Positions 54,627 to 64,000 of a stretch of 64,000 bases of DNA are shown here, one piece after another (positions within the stretch are counted from its first letter, which is position 1; each line of letters opens with the position of its first letter). Location: the NCBI GenBank assembly GCA_965219085.1, contig OZ244720.1, forward strand, positions 224,001 to 288,000, read 5' to 3'. The notes under the pieces are model-generated. The model saw nothing but the letters and a program-made list of their open reading frames with translations, had not been told where the DNA came from and ran no database searches. The position numbers and the translations under genes are program-made. Source of the stretch: Dehalococcoidia bacterium (lineage in GTDB: Bacteria; Chloroflexota; Dehalococcoidia; UBA2979).

Positions 54627-55445
54627 CTAGTCCACGTACTCCAGCAGTTGGATGCCGATGCCGAACGCCTGCTCGGCGCTGATAGTCGAGCGCCGCGTCC
54701 CCGGCAGTGTGCCGACCTCGCCGTCCGGGACATCGAGCCCGGCTGCGCGGTAGCGCGCGATCTCGGAGTCGAGGTCGGCGACCTCGATCGCCGCGACGGG
54801 GAACGCGCCCTCGCGCTGCTCCTCGATCACCTTTGCCAGCGGAGCGTCGGGACTCGCCGGTGCGATCAACTCGAGGATGGTGCGGCTGATCGGGAACTGC
54901 CCGATCATGATCTGCGCCTCCTCGACGTCGAAGCGGTGTTGCTCCTCGACGCCGATCACCTCGTTCCAGCGCTGCTTCGCCGCGTCGTAGTCGGCGACGC
55001 GCGCCGCGACGTGGTCGATGCCCTTCGTGTCGGAGTGGTGCGCGCCGGGCCGCGGCTGCGCGAGCTCGACGAGCACCCCGAACATCGAGCGCGGGTGCAG
55101 GAACGCGATCTCGCCCGCGAGCCCGTAGCGCGGCTCCTCGTCGATCAACTCGACGCCGAGGTCGCGCACGCGCGCGAGCTCGGCGCGGATGTCGTCGGTG
55201 CTGAAGCAGAAGTGGTGCAGCGTCTGCCCGCGCGTCTCGAGGTAGCGCGCCACGCCGGTGCCCTCCTCGACGGGCTCGAGCAGCTCGATCTCATTCTCGC
55301 CGAGCGGCAGCAGCACGCCGCGCACGCCCTGCGCCTCGACGACCTCATCGACGGCCACCTCGAGGCCCATGATGTCGCGGTAGAAGCCGAGTGCGTCGTC
55401 GGCGCTGTGGACGACGATGCCGATGTGGTGGAGCCGGTCGATCAT
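54627..55445 (-). CDS. mce: Methylmalonyl-CoA epimerase-like protein with two tandem VOC modules
   Basis: LHHIGIVV, EIELLEP, LHHFCF, AFLHP.S..GVLVEL followed by a second similar module. Confidence 0.85.
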   Translation of the reverse strand: MIDRLHHIGIVVHSADDALGFYRDIMGLEVAVDEVVEAQGVRGVLLPLGENEIELLEPVEEGTGVARYLETRGQTLHHFCFSTDDIRAELARVRDLGVELIDEEPRYGLAGEIAFLHPRSMFGVLVELAQPRPGAHHSDTKGIDHVAARVADYDAAKQRWNEVIGVEEQHRFDVEEAQIMIGQFPISRTILELIAPASPDAPLAKVIEEQREGAFPVAAIEVADLDSEIARYRAAGLDVPDGEVGTLPGTRRSTISAEQAFGIGIQLLEYVD

Positions 55446-55449
55446 GTGC

Positions 55450-55479
55450 CCTTCCCCCTGGTCACCTTCCCCCTGGTCA
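55450..55479. repeat. Exact 15-bp tandem duplication upstream of the epimerase
   Basis: CCTTCCCCCTGGTCA x2. Confidence 0.8.
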
Positions 55480-55481
55480 AT

Positions 55482-55973
55482 CTATACCCCCTGCTCGCCA
55501 CGCCAGGCGAGGATTGCCGCGGCGTGTTCCCGGTCGTGTTCGGCCGCGGCGGCGAGCCGGTACGGCGTGCGCCCCTCGGCGTAGCGGTCGGGCTCGAGGA
55601 CGGCGAGGCCACGGATCGCCCCGTTGTGCTGCTCGCGTGCGTCGCGCAGGTTCCCGAGCACTTGCTCCCAGCTCAGGTCGCTGGAGCGCGCGACCGACTC
55701 TGCGTTGAACGCGTTTTCGGCCGCCTCGGGGTCGTCGCGGTTCGCAACGAACTCCGGGATCGCGGGGCGCTCGCCGCTCGCGACGAGGTCGAGGGCGGCG
55801 GCCCAGCCCGCTTGCCAGCGGGCGATGTGCGCGAGGATGTCCTTCGCCGACCACGCCTCCGGGCCGAACCAGCCCTCGACGCGTCGATCCGCTGGCAGCG
55901 CGTCGAGCGCGTCCAGCAAATCGGCGCGCGCCTGCTCGTTCTCCTCGATCAGGGTGTCAAGCGCCTCGGTCAT
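55482..55973 (-). CDS. DinB/ClbS/DfsB-like four-helix bundle protein
   Basis: WSAKDILAHIARW and EHDREH motifs. Confidence 0.8.
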   Translation of the reverse strand: MTEALDTLIEENEQARADLLDALDALPADRRVEGWFGPEAWSAKDILAHIARWQAGWAAALDLVASGERPAIPEFVANRDDPEAAENAFNAESVARSSDLSWEQVLGNLRDAREQHNGAIRGLAVLEPDRYAEGRTPYRLAAAAEHDREHAAAILAWRGEQGV

Positions 55974-56013
55974 GAGGGGTGCTCCATTCGCGCGCGAGTT
56001 GCGGCCGCGCGCA

Positions 56014-57669
<1,656 letters not shown>

Positions 57670-57823
57670 GGCGACCCCCCGGCCGCCCGCACATGCCCGG
57701 CGACCTGTCTTCGGTCGCGCCTGCGAGCAGCATCGCGAGTGTAGGCAGCGGCCTGCCGGGAATCAACGCGCGAGGCGGCGAACGCGGGCCGCGCCTACGC
57801 GCGCACCTCCGGCCGGAACGAGA

Positions 57824-58698
57824 CTACCGGCCGAAGCTGTCGGTGTTCAGCACGGGCTGGGTGCTCTTGTCGGCGCACAACACGACGAGCTGGTTGCCCA
57901 CCATCGCCGCCTTCTGCTCCTCGTCGAGTTCGACCACGTTGCGGCTGGAGAGGTCGTCGAGCGCCATCTGCACCATGCTCACGGCACCCTCGACGATCAG
58001 GCTGCCAGCCGCAATGCTCCAGCGGCAACAGGCAGGCGCGATCATTGCCGAGGCGATCTCCGGCGCGTACGCCAGGTGCGTGATCCGCGCCTCCAGGACC
58101 TCGACGCCGGCTTCGTCCAGGCGGCCCTGTATCTCCTGCTGCAGGCGCTGCGCGATCTCCTCAGTGTCGCCGCGCAGCGAGAGCGCCGCGTCGTCTCCGG
58201 TGTCGTACGGGTACTGGCTCGCGAGGTTGCGGACCGCGGACTCGCTCTGGACGTGGACAAAGTTCACGTAGGCGTCGACCTGGAAGCTGGCGGCGGCGGT
58301 GTCGACCACCCTCCACACGACGACGGCGATCTCGATCGGATTGCCATCGGCGTCGCTCACCCTGGAACGCTCCGTCTCGAGTTGCGCACCCGGACGGAGA
58401 TACGCCGCTTCGTGTACAGGGGGTTCGCGTAACGTAGTCCGGGCGAACGGGCGGTGCTGACGTAGTTCCCGAACAGCTGCAACACGCGCGCCTCGTTCGG
58501 CGGTACGGCGAACAGCCCGATCGCGAAGAAGGCCAGCAGCGGCAGGAGTACCGAGGCGAGCGTGACCAGGATCCAGCCCCCATCCAGCCACGTCACAATG
58601 CCGGCCGCGCCCAGCAAGATGTCGAGCACGAGCGCCAGCAGCAGGACGACCACGGCGAGCACGCCGGAGCGGATCTCGCGAACTGTCTCACGGATCAT
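57824..58698 (-). pseudogene. SPFH/band 7 domain protein, disrupted by a frameshift near 58380 and a 26-bp inversion at 58017-58042
   Basis: PNEARVLQLFGNY...RISVRVRN | ETE..V.DADGNPIEIA...QSESAVR...YPYD...HLAYAPEIA split over two frames. Confidence 0.85.
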
Positions 58699-58836
58699 GA
58701 GCGCACCCCTCCATCTGATCGTAACGGCCCGGGCTGCGGGTTGGGGGGCCGCCCGGCACGTCGCGCGTCGCCCGATTCCCGAGCACACTGACGCGCATGC
58801 AGCACGCCCATCGCGGCGCGGGAAGGCAGGCACCGG

Positions 58837-59583
58837 ATGGTCGAAGCAGGGCAGCGGGTCGTCATCGTCACCGGCAGCACCGTGGGCATCGGCCGCGTGA
58901 TCGCGGCGGAGTTCGTGGCCAACGGCTGGGCCGTCGTCGTCAACGCCCGCAAAGCGGACGACGTCGCGACCGTCACCGGCGAGCTCGGCGCCGAGGGCGG
59001 CACCGTCCTCGGCATCCCCACCGACGTCACCGACCCCGATGCCGTGCGCGCGATGGTCGAACGGACGACGGCCGAGCTCGGCCCCATCGACACGCTCGTC
59101 AACAACGCCGGCATCCCGGGCCCGCGCGTGTTCGCACAGGAGGTCGAGGCGCAGGAGTTCCTCGACGTGCTGCGCGTCAACTTGTGGGGCGCGTTCCTGG
59201 GCGCGAAGTACGTGCTGCCGGGGATGATCGAGCGCGGCGTGGGCGGGCGCATCATCAACATGACCGGCGGCGGCGCAGCCACCGACCGTCCGCTGCGCGG
59301 CGGCATCTCCTACGCATCGTCGAAGGCGGGTGTCGAGGGGATGACGCGCAACCTCGCGCTCGAGGTGTCGCGCTTCGGCATCACGGTCAACGCCATCCAG
59401 CCCGGCCGTATCGCCTCGCGCGGCTTCCCGCAGCTCGACGACGACGTGCGCCGCGGCGTCCCGTTCGTGAGCGCGGAGCCGGCGGGACGGCTCGCCGTCT
59501 GGCTCACCTCGGACGAGGCCGCCGAGATCACCGGCGAGACCATCGACGCGCAGCGCTGGGACGCGGAGCGCCAGGCCGGGTAG
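58837..59583 (+). CDS. Short-chain dehydrogenase/reductase
   Basis: TGSTVGIG, LVNNAG, YASSK, VNAIQPG. Confidence 0.92.
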   Translation: MVEAGQRVVIVTGSTVGIGRVIAAEFVANGWAVVVNARKADDVATVTGELGAEGGTVLGIPTDVTDPDAVRAMVERTTAELGPIDTLVNNAGIPGPRVFAQEVEAQEFLDVLRVNLWGAFLGAKYVLPGMIERGVGGRIINMTGGGAATDRPLRGGISYASSKAGVEGMTRNLALEVSRFGITVNAIQPGRIASRGFPQLDDDVRRGVPFVSAEPAGRLAVWLTSDEAAEITGETIDAQRWDAERQAG

Positions 59584-59797
59584 CCACTCGCGAATCTCGA
59601 TGCTCCGGGAAGCGCATCGATGCCTCCGCCGGCGGTGGCGCGGGGCGCTCAATCACCGGACCAGCGACAACGTTCCGCTCCGTCCGCAGCCGCGGCGTTC
59701 ATAAGACTGTGCATACGTAATGCTTCTGTAGTGTTTCTGGAAAGCTTCACGATCTACCCTCGCACCAGGCCGGTTACGGCCGTGAGGAGGCGTCGCG

Positions 59798-60268
59798 ATG
59801 CAGATGGACAATGAATCAGGCGCCGCGGGCGATGGCTCGCTGTTTGGGAACTCCCTCCTCCCGTACGTCGAGGAGTTCTACCTCGGCTTCCGGCTGCTCT
59901 TCGCCTTCCTCGTGGGTCTGCACGGGGTCCAGAAGGCGTTCCTGTTGTGGGACTTCCCGGCGGATCACCCGCTGGGCTGGAAGGTCGACGTCGCCGGCTG
60001 GGTGGAGGTCATCGCCGCGATCCTGATCGCGAGCGGCGTGTTCACGCGCCTGGGCGCGGGCGCACTCACGGTGCAGATGGTGGTCGCGTACTTCGATGTG
60101 CACTACCCCAACGAGCTGTGGCCGCACATCTACCCGGCGACGGGCGGGTTCGGCGCCACTGGCGGCGAGGTGCCGATCCTCTACTTCGGCATCGCCGGCA
60201 TCATCGGCGTCCTGGGCAGCCGCAAGTACGGCATCGAGCGGCTGCTCTTCAAGCGGGAGCTGCTGTAG
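59798..60268 (+). CDS. DoxX family membrane protein
   Basis: R......HG.QK, E.....LI..G.FTR, M.VAY..VH, GGE; AGGAGG RBS. Confidence 0.85.
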   Translation: MQMDNESGAAGDGSLFGNSLLPYVEEFYLGFRLLFAFLVGLHGVQKAFLLWDFPADHPLGWKVDVAGWVEVIAAILIASGVFTRLGAGALTVQMVVAYFDVHYPNELWPHIYPATGGFGATGGEVPILYFGIAGIIGVLGSRKYGIERLLFKRELL

Positions 60269-60719
60269 CCGCAGATCCCGGCCCGGGCGGGCAGGCGTCC
60301 TGATTCACTCCGGCGGGTGGACCCGAGGGACTCGATCCCCTCACCCCCGCCGGTATTGCGCAACGAGAGGACGCCGAGCCCTCGTCAGGGCCGCACAGGT
60401 CCGAGCATCGAGGCGCCCGAGAGCGCCCACGGGTTCGCACGAGCCGATGCTGTGGCAGGAGATCGGGTCCGCGAACGCCCGGGAGATCGACGCCTCGGAG
60501 GACGAGGCAGATTGCGAGCGACTCCACGGGCCTCGACCTGACCCCCCGAGCTCGCCCCTGCGGCTGTGCCGCACCACCCCTTCGGTAGGTGGAATTTAAG
60601 ATCCCCCCTGTCATGCGATGAGGTATCATTACTACAGGCGTAGACGCGCCGCTCACCCGACGCAGATGCGCTGATCCGACGCTCCCACCACGCAAAGTCG
60701 CGAGGACGGGAGTATCGGT

Positions 60720-62003
60720 ATGCACCACGCACGAACCCTCCTGACCGTGGCGATCGCGCTTGTCGCGTTCGTCGCCGCCATTGGACGAGCCGACGCCGCC
60801 AGGCTCGTCGGCAACACGGGCGAACGATGGTGCTTCATCGTCCCCGTCGGCGAGGCCGGCAAGGGCAACGACCACGGCGTCGCGCAGCGCTTCACCACCG
60901 GGCCGGCGGCGCGCACCCTCAAGTCCATCGAGATCGACGTCTGCTCCTTCGGCGCCACCCTGTTCGCCGGCGGCCCGCTCGCGGACAAGAGCGTCGACGT
61001 CGAGGTCTGGACGCATGACGGCGAGACCGGAGAGCCGGCCAGGCGCCTCTACGCGCTCTCTGGCGGCATCGACTCCACCGGGTATGTCGCGTTCCAGGCG
61101 CCTGCCGGCAGCGTGCTCGAGGCGAACACCTCTTACTGGGTCGTGCTCAACGCAGAGGACGGCCTCTTCCGCATCAAGGCCGCCACCACCGGCCGCGAGG
61201 ACGGCGACGGCGCCGCGGGCTGGCAGCTCCATAACGGGCGGCTGGACCGGTCTCACGACTCCGGACCGTGGGTCCGCAGCGGGCACCCGGTGCGGATTGC
61301 CATCCACGGCAGCGCCGACATGTCCGACGGCATTGACGTGCTCTCGGCGGAGGCGAAGACGCATCGGCGCGTCGTCATCACCGCGGCCGATCCGCTGCCG
61401 CCGAACGTCTGCACGGAGCCAGTGTTCAGCGGGCTCTTCCTCGTCACGAAGGACGACTTCGCCGTGGACCGCCAGCGCGAGATCCCGCTCACCGCGGCTC
61501 ACCGCACGTGCTCCGGGACCACGATCACCATCGACATCCCCGCGACCGGGGCGCACACGATCCGCAACGACGACCTGATCTCCGTAGACCTCGGAATGAC
61601 CGGCGTCGTGCGAGGCCCGGTCGGGCCGCGGCCCACCGGTGAGGACGTCGAGTCTCTCCAGGTCACGAACCGCCTGCCGCGCTTCACGATCTGCTACGAG
61701 GACGACTTCAGCGAGGTCGTCGCGGACGTCGTCGAGGGCGCCATGCTCGTGTCCGCACCGCCCGTGACCGCAGGCGGCCACGGACCGTTGACGTGGACGC
61801 TCGAGGGCGCGGACGCCGGCCACTTCACCATCGACGCGCAGACGAGTGTCTTCACCTTCACCGCACCGGACCACGAGCCGCCGGCGGACCTCGACGGCGA
61901 CAACGAGTACCGGGCAGTCGTCTTCGCGACCGACCCGCACGGCGACTCCGACTCGATCCGAATCCGGATCACGGTGAAGGACGGCCCCGATCTGCACGAG
62001 TAG
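60720..62003 (+). CDS. Secreted protein with an N-terminal AQ.FTTG beta domain and a C-terminal cadherin-like domain
   Basis: Signal peptide ending ADA; VAQRFTTG...L.ANTSYWVV; WTLEGADA..FTID...PD.E.PAD.DGDNEY...ATD. Confidence 0.7.
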   Translation: MHHARTLLTVAIALVAFVAAIGRADAARLVGNTGERWCFIVPVGEAGKGNDHGVAQRFTTGPAARTLKSIEIDVCSFGATLFAGGPLADKSVDVEVWTHDGETGEPARRLYALSGGIDSTGYVAFQAPAGSVLEANTSYWVVLNAEDGLFRIKAATTGREDGDGAAGWQLHNGRLDRSHDSGPWVRSGHPVRIAIHGSADMSDGIDVLSAEAKTHRRVVITAADPLPPNVCTEPVFSGLFLVTKDDFAVDRQREIPLTAAHRTCSGTTITIDIPATGAHTIRNDDLISVDLGMTGVVRGPVGPRPTGEDVESLQVTNRLPRFTICYEDDFSEVVADVVEGAMLVSAPPVTAGGHGPLTWTLEGADAGHFTIDAQTSVFTFTAPDHEPPADLDGDNEYRAVVFATDPHGDSDSIRIRITVKDGPDLHE

Positions 62004-62161
62004 CAGTCTCGCCCTGTCCTGCGGTCCTCGTGGCCGCAGGACGGGGTGCGCGGTCGGGCCGGGATGACCGGTGCGGGGTCTCGTGGTACACGTGGAATTG
62101 ACCGGGCCAGCCCTGATCGGGGATGGCTTGCAAAGACGCCGTGGTGCCTGGAGTTGGTGTC

Positions 62162-62653
62162 TCAGCGCGTAGACACGAGGAGCCCAATGGCGGCAGCCAT
62201 GCAACCGAAACCAGCACCCGTGGCGATGGCTGCGGCTCGAGCATTGGCGTTTCGAGAGAGTTCCGCTACAGCCAGCAGCCAGAGTAGGAGAGCGGGAAGA
62301 AGCGCGGCGCCGACCGAGTAGATCACTGCTACGGCGGGGACGAACGTCAGGCCCGCTCCGGCGGAGGCAGCGACTAGCCGCAGCGTCGGATCGCGCAGCC
62401 TGATCGCGAGTACCGCTGCCCCCGCGCTGGCGACCACGAAGTAGGTAGCGAGGGCTATCGCGGAGCCGGAACCAGAGCCCGAACCGATGGCTATCGCGTA
62501 GCCGGCACCGGGGCCGGAGAGGGCTATCGCGGAGCCGCCACCGGGGCCGCTGTCGACGGCCGCCAGGACGATGATCACCGCTAGCCAGGCAACCACCGCG
62601 CCGGAAACCTCGATCGCGACCCGTGAAGGCATCAATCGCGCTAGTGCCTGCAT
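62162..62653 (-). CDS. Hypothetical membrane protein with internal Gly/Ser repeats
   Basis: Several hydrophobic segments; atypical codon usage; start uncertain. Confidence 0.45.
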   Translation of the reverse strand: MQALARLMPSRVAIEVSGAVVAWLAVIIVLAAVDSGPGGGSAIALSGPGAGYAIAIGSGSGSGSAIALATYFVVASAGAAVLAIRLRDPTLRLVAASAGAGLTFVPAVAVIYSVGAALLPALLLWLLAVAELSRNANARAAAIATGAGFGCMAAAIGLLVSTR

Positions 62654-62842
62654 GCATGGCCCCGGCAACGAGTGTATCCCTCGGATATCCCGCTGCGACC
62701 ATCTGGCCTTCCCACGGCCCTGGCGCGCGCGTTCGAGCTCGCAAGGATGTCGTGTCAACAGCGGTCGGATTGTGATCCAGGTCAGTGTCGACGTTCAGCG
62801 CCGCATGTCCGCAGCACGCTGTGCTATACAGCCCCGACGCAG

Positions 62843-62871
62843 AACGCCCCGGCGGACGGCCCCGGGGCGTT
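62843..62871. terminator. Hairpin downstream of tRNA-Glu
   Basis: AACGCCCCGG...CCGGGGCGTT 10-bp stem. Confidence 0.5.
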
Positions 62872-62991
62872 TCAACATTGGCTGTGCATTGTCAGGATAA
62901 CCGCCGCTGGCAGAGACGAACCTGGCGGGCCCCGCTGGCGGGACGCCTACAGAGGGGCGGTGTGCTCGAAGGTTCTACGTACAGTCCATGT

Positions 62992-63068
62992 TGGTGGCGC
63001 ATGCGGGATTCGAACCCGCGATCTTCGCCTTGAGAGGGCGATGTCCTGGGCCACTAGACGAATGCGCC
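62992..63068 (-). tRNA. tRNA-Glu (CTC)
   Basis: GGCGCATTCGTCTAGTGG...TCGCC-CTCTCAA-GGCGA...GGTTCGAATCC...CCACCA. Confidence 0.95.
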
Positions 63069-63108
63069 GCCGCAGGGCACTCACCGTATCAGAGCACCGC
63101 GCGCACGC

Positions 63109-63945
63109 TCAAGATCCACCCCCGGCGCCCTCGGGCGCCTCGTCCGGGTAGCGCAGCTCGACGCGTGAGCCCCGCCCGAACGGCGAGGGGAACGCGAGGC
63201 CCGCGCGCGCGTACACGCCCGGCGGGATGCCGAGGTCCGCGAGCCACAGCTCGCCCGCGTTGCCACGCCTGAGCCCGCGCTTCGGCAGCGCGAGCGTCAG
63301 CGTGCGATCCGGATGCACCGCCACCCCCGGCGCGGCGCCGCTGTCTGCGTCGACACCCGAAGGCACATCGAGCGAGAGCGTGGGGGCGAGTGAGGCCTGG
63401 GCGGCTCGGATCAGCGCCATCTCCGCGCCCCTCGGCGCCTCGCGCAGGCCGTAACCGATCACGGCGTCGATCACGAGGTCCGCCTCGCTGACGTCGAAGG
63501 CGTCCGACCAGTGGATCACGCGCGCCGGCGCCTCCTGCAGCGTGCGCAGTTGCGCGGCCACGGCGCCCTCGACACCCGTGGTGGGGCGCGTGAGCACGGC
63601 CAGCACGGTCACGCCACGCGTGGCGAGGTGGCGGGCGGCGCAAAGCCCGCCGCCGCCGTTGCCGGCGCTGCCGGCGAGCACGATGACCCGGCGCTCCGCC
63701 CAGCGCTTCCCGAGCATATCGAGCGCGGTCTGGGCGGTCTCGCGGCCCGCGTGCTCCATCATCTGCAGCAGCGACGGCCCCGTCTCGTCGACGGCGACGC
63801 GGTCGATCTCGCGCATCTCGGCGGCGTCGACCGCCGGCACGGGGCGGCCGGCGGCGGTCCAGAAGCGGGGGCGGGTGGGCGACGTCAGCGTATTCCCCGA
63901 TCGCCGGGTGCGAGGTCTGCGCACGCTAGCACCGGTCGCGCGCAC
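63109..63945 (-). CDS. nnrE: NAD(P)H-hydrate epimerase (stand-alone YjeF N-terminal domain); start uncertain
   Basis: EMREIDR, MME.AG, G..GNGG.GL..ARHL, IDA.IGYGL, SLDVPSG, TLTLALPK.GL, LADLGIP. Confidence 0.85.
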   Translation of the reverse strand: MRATGASVRRPRTRRSGNTLTSPTRPRFWTAAGRPVPAVDAAEMREIDRVAVDETGPSLLQMMEHAGRETAQTALDMLGKRWAERRVIVLAGSAGNGGGGLCAARHLATRGVTVLAVLTRPTTGVEGAVAAQLRTLQEAPARVIHWSDAFDVSEADLVIDAVIGYGLREAPRGAEMALIRAAQASLAPTLSLDVPSGVDADSGAAPGVAVHPDRTLTLALPKRGLRRGNAGELWLADLGIPPGVYARAGLAFPSPFGRGSRVELRYPDEAPEGAGGGS

Positions 63946-64000
63946 TGTCAGCGCTGCCTCTCATCACGTATGAGCGTAGGCGGTCCCCGTTCGGCCGCCG

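Noticed and set aside
57670-57823. Cobalamin riboswitch upstream of the mutase operon
   Set aside because: Leader after the TACACT box is short and lacks a recognisable B12 box
58699-59652. 431-aa ORF suggesting a large fusion to the SPFH N-terminus
   Set aside because: The upstream part is the antisense shadow of the SDR gene; the real start is ATG 58698
59708-59724. GCAT-N5-ATGC palindrome upstream of doxX as an operator
   Set aside because: Only 4-bp arms; too weak without comparative support
60280-60560. SRP RNA, 6S RNA or an intact tRNA in the DoxX-adhesin gap
   Set aside because: No SRP domain IV motif, no complete cloverleaf and no clear 6S central bubble; kept only as a tRNA-like fragment

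Overview
High-GC bacterial chromosome segment. The 16S sequence and gene content point to Chloroflexota, class Dehalococcoidia (inference); PaREP1-like, cadherin-like and Na+-PPase-type genes hint at a marine or host-associated lineage. Most of the window is core: uvrA, glyQS, hppA, rnhB, ftsH, rplU-rpmA-rpmE, hisHAFI, ligA, mreBCD-mrdA-rodA, clpC, rpsA, a minus-strand rRNA locus, tilS and a methylmalonyl-CoA mutase operon. Highlights: (1) a radical SAM gene whose TGA 'stop' is probably selenocysteine (WFC-U-AEP tail with a SECIS-like hairpin), coupled to an NfuA-type Fe-S carrier and near an ATP-grasp ligase, a candidate uncharacterised biosynthetic system; (2) a clean 26-bp micro-inversion between 6-bp inverted repeats in a frameshifted SPFH gene; (3) tRNA-fMet, with its own promoter and terminator, between 23S and 5S rRNA; (4) a BrnT-like toxin-antitoxin pair with a palindromic operator; (5) an apparent CTG start for uvrA and several apparently leaderless genes. 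No CRISPR array, transposase or integrase was seen. Family names come from motif recognition by eye; no database search was run.
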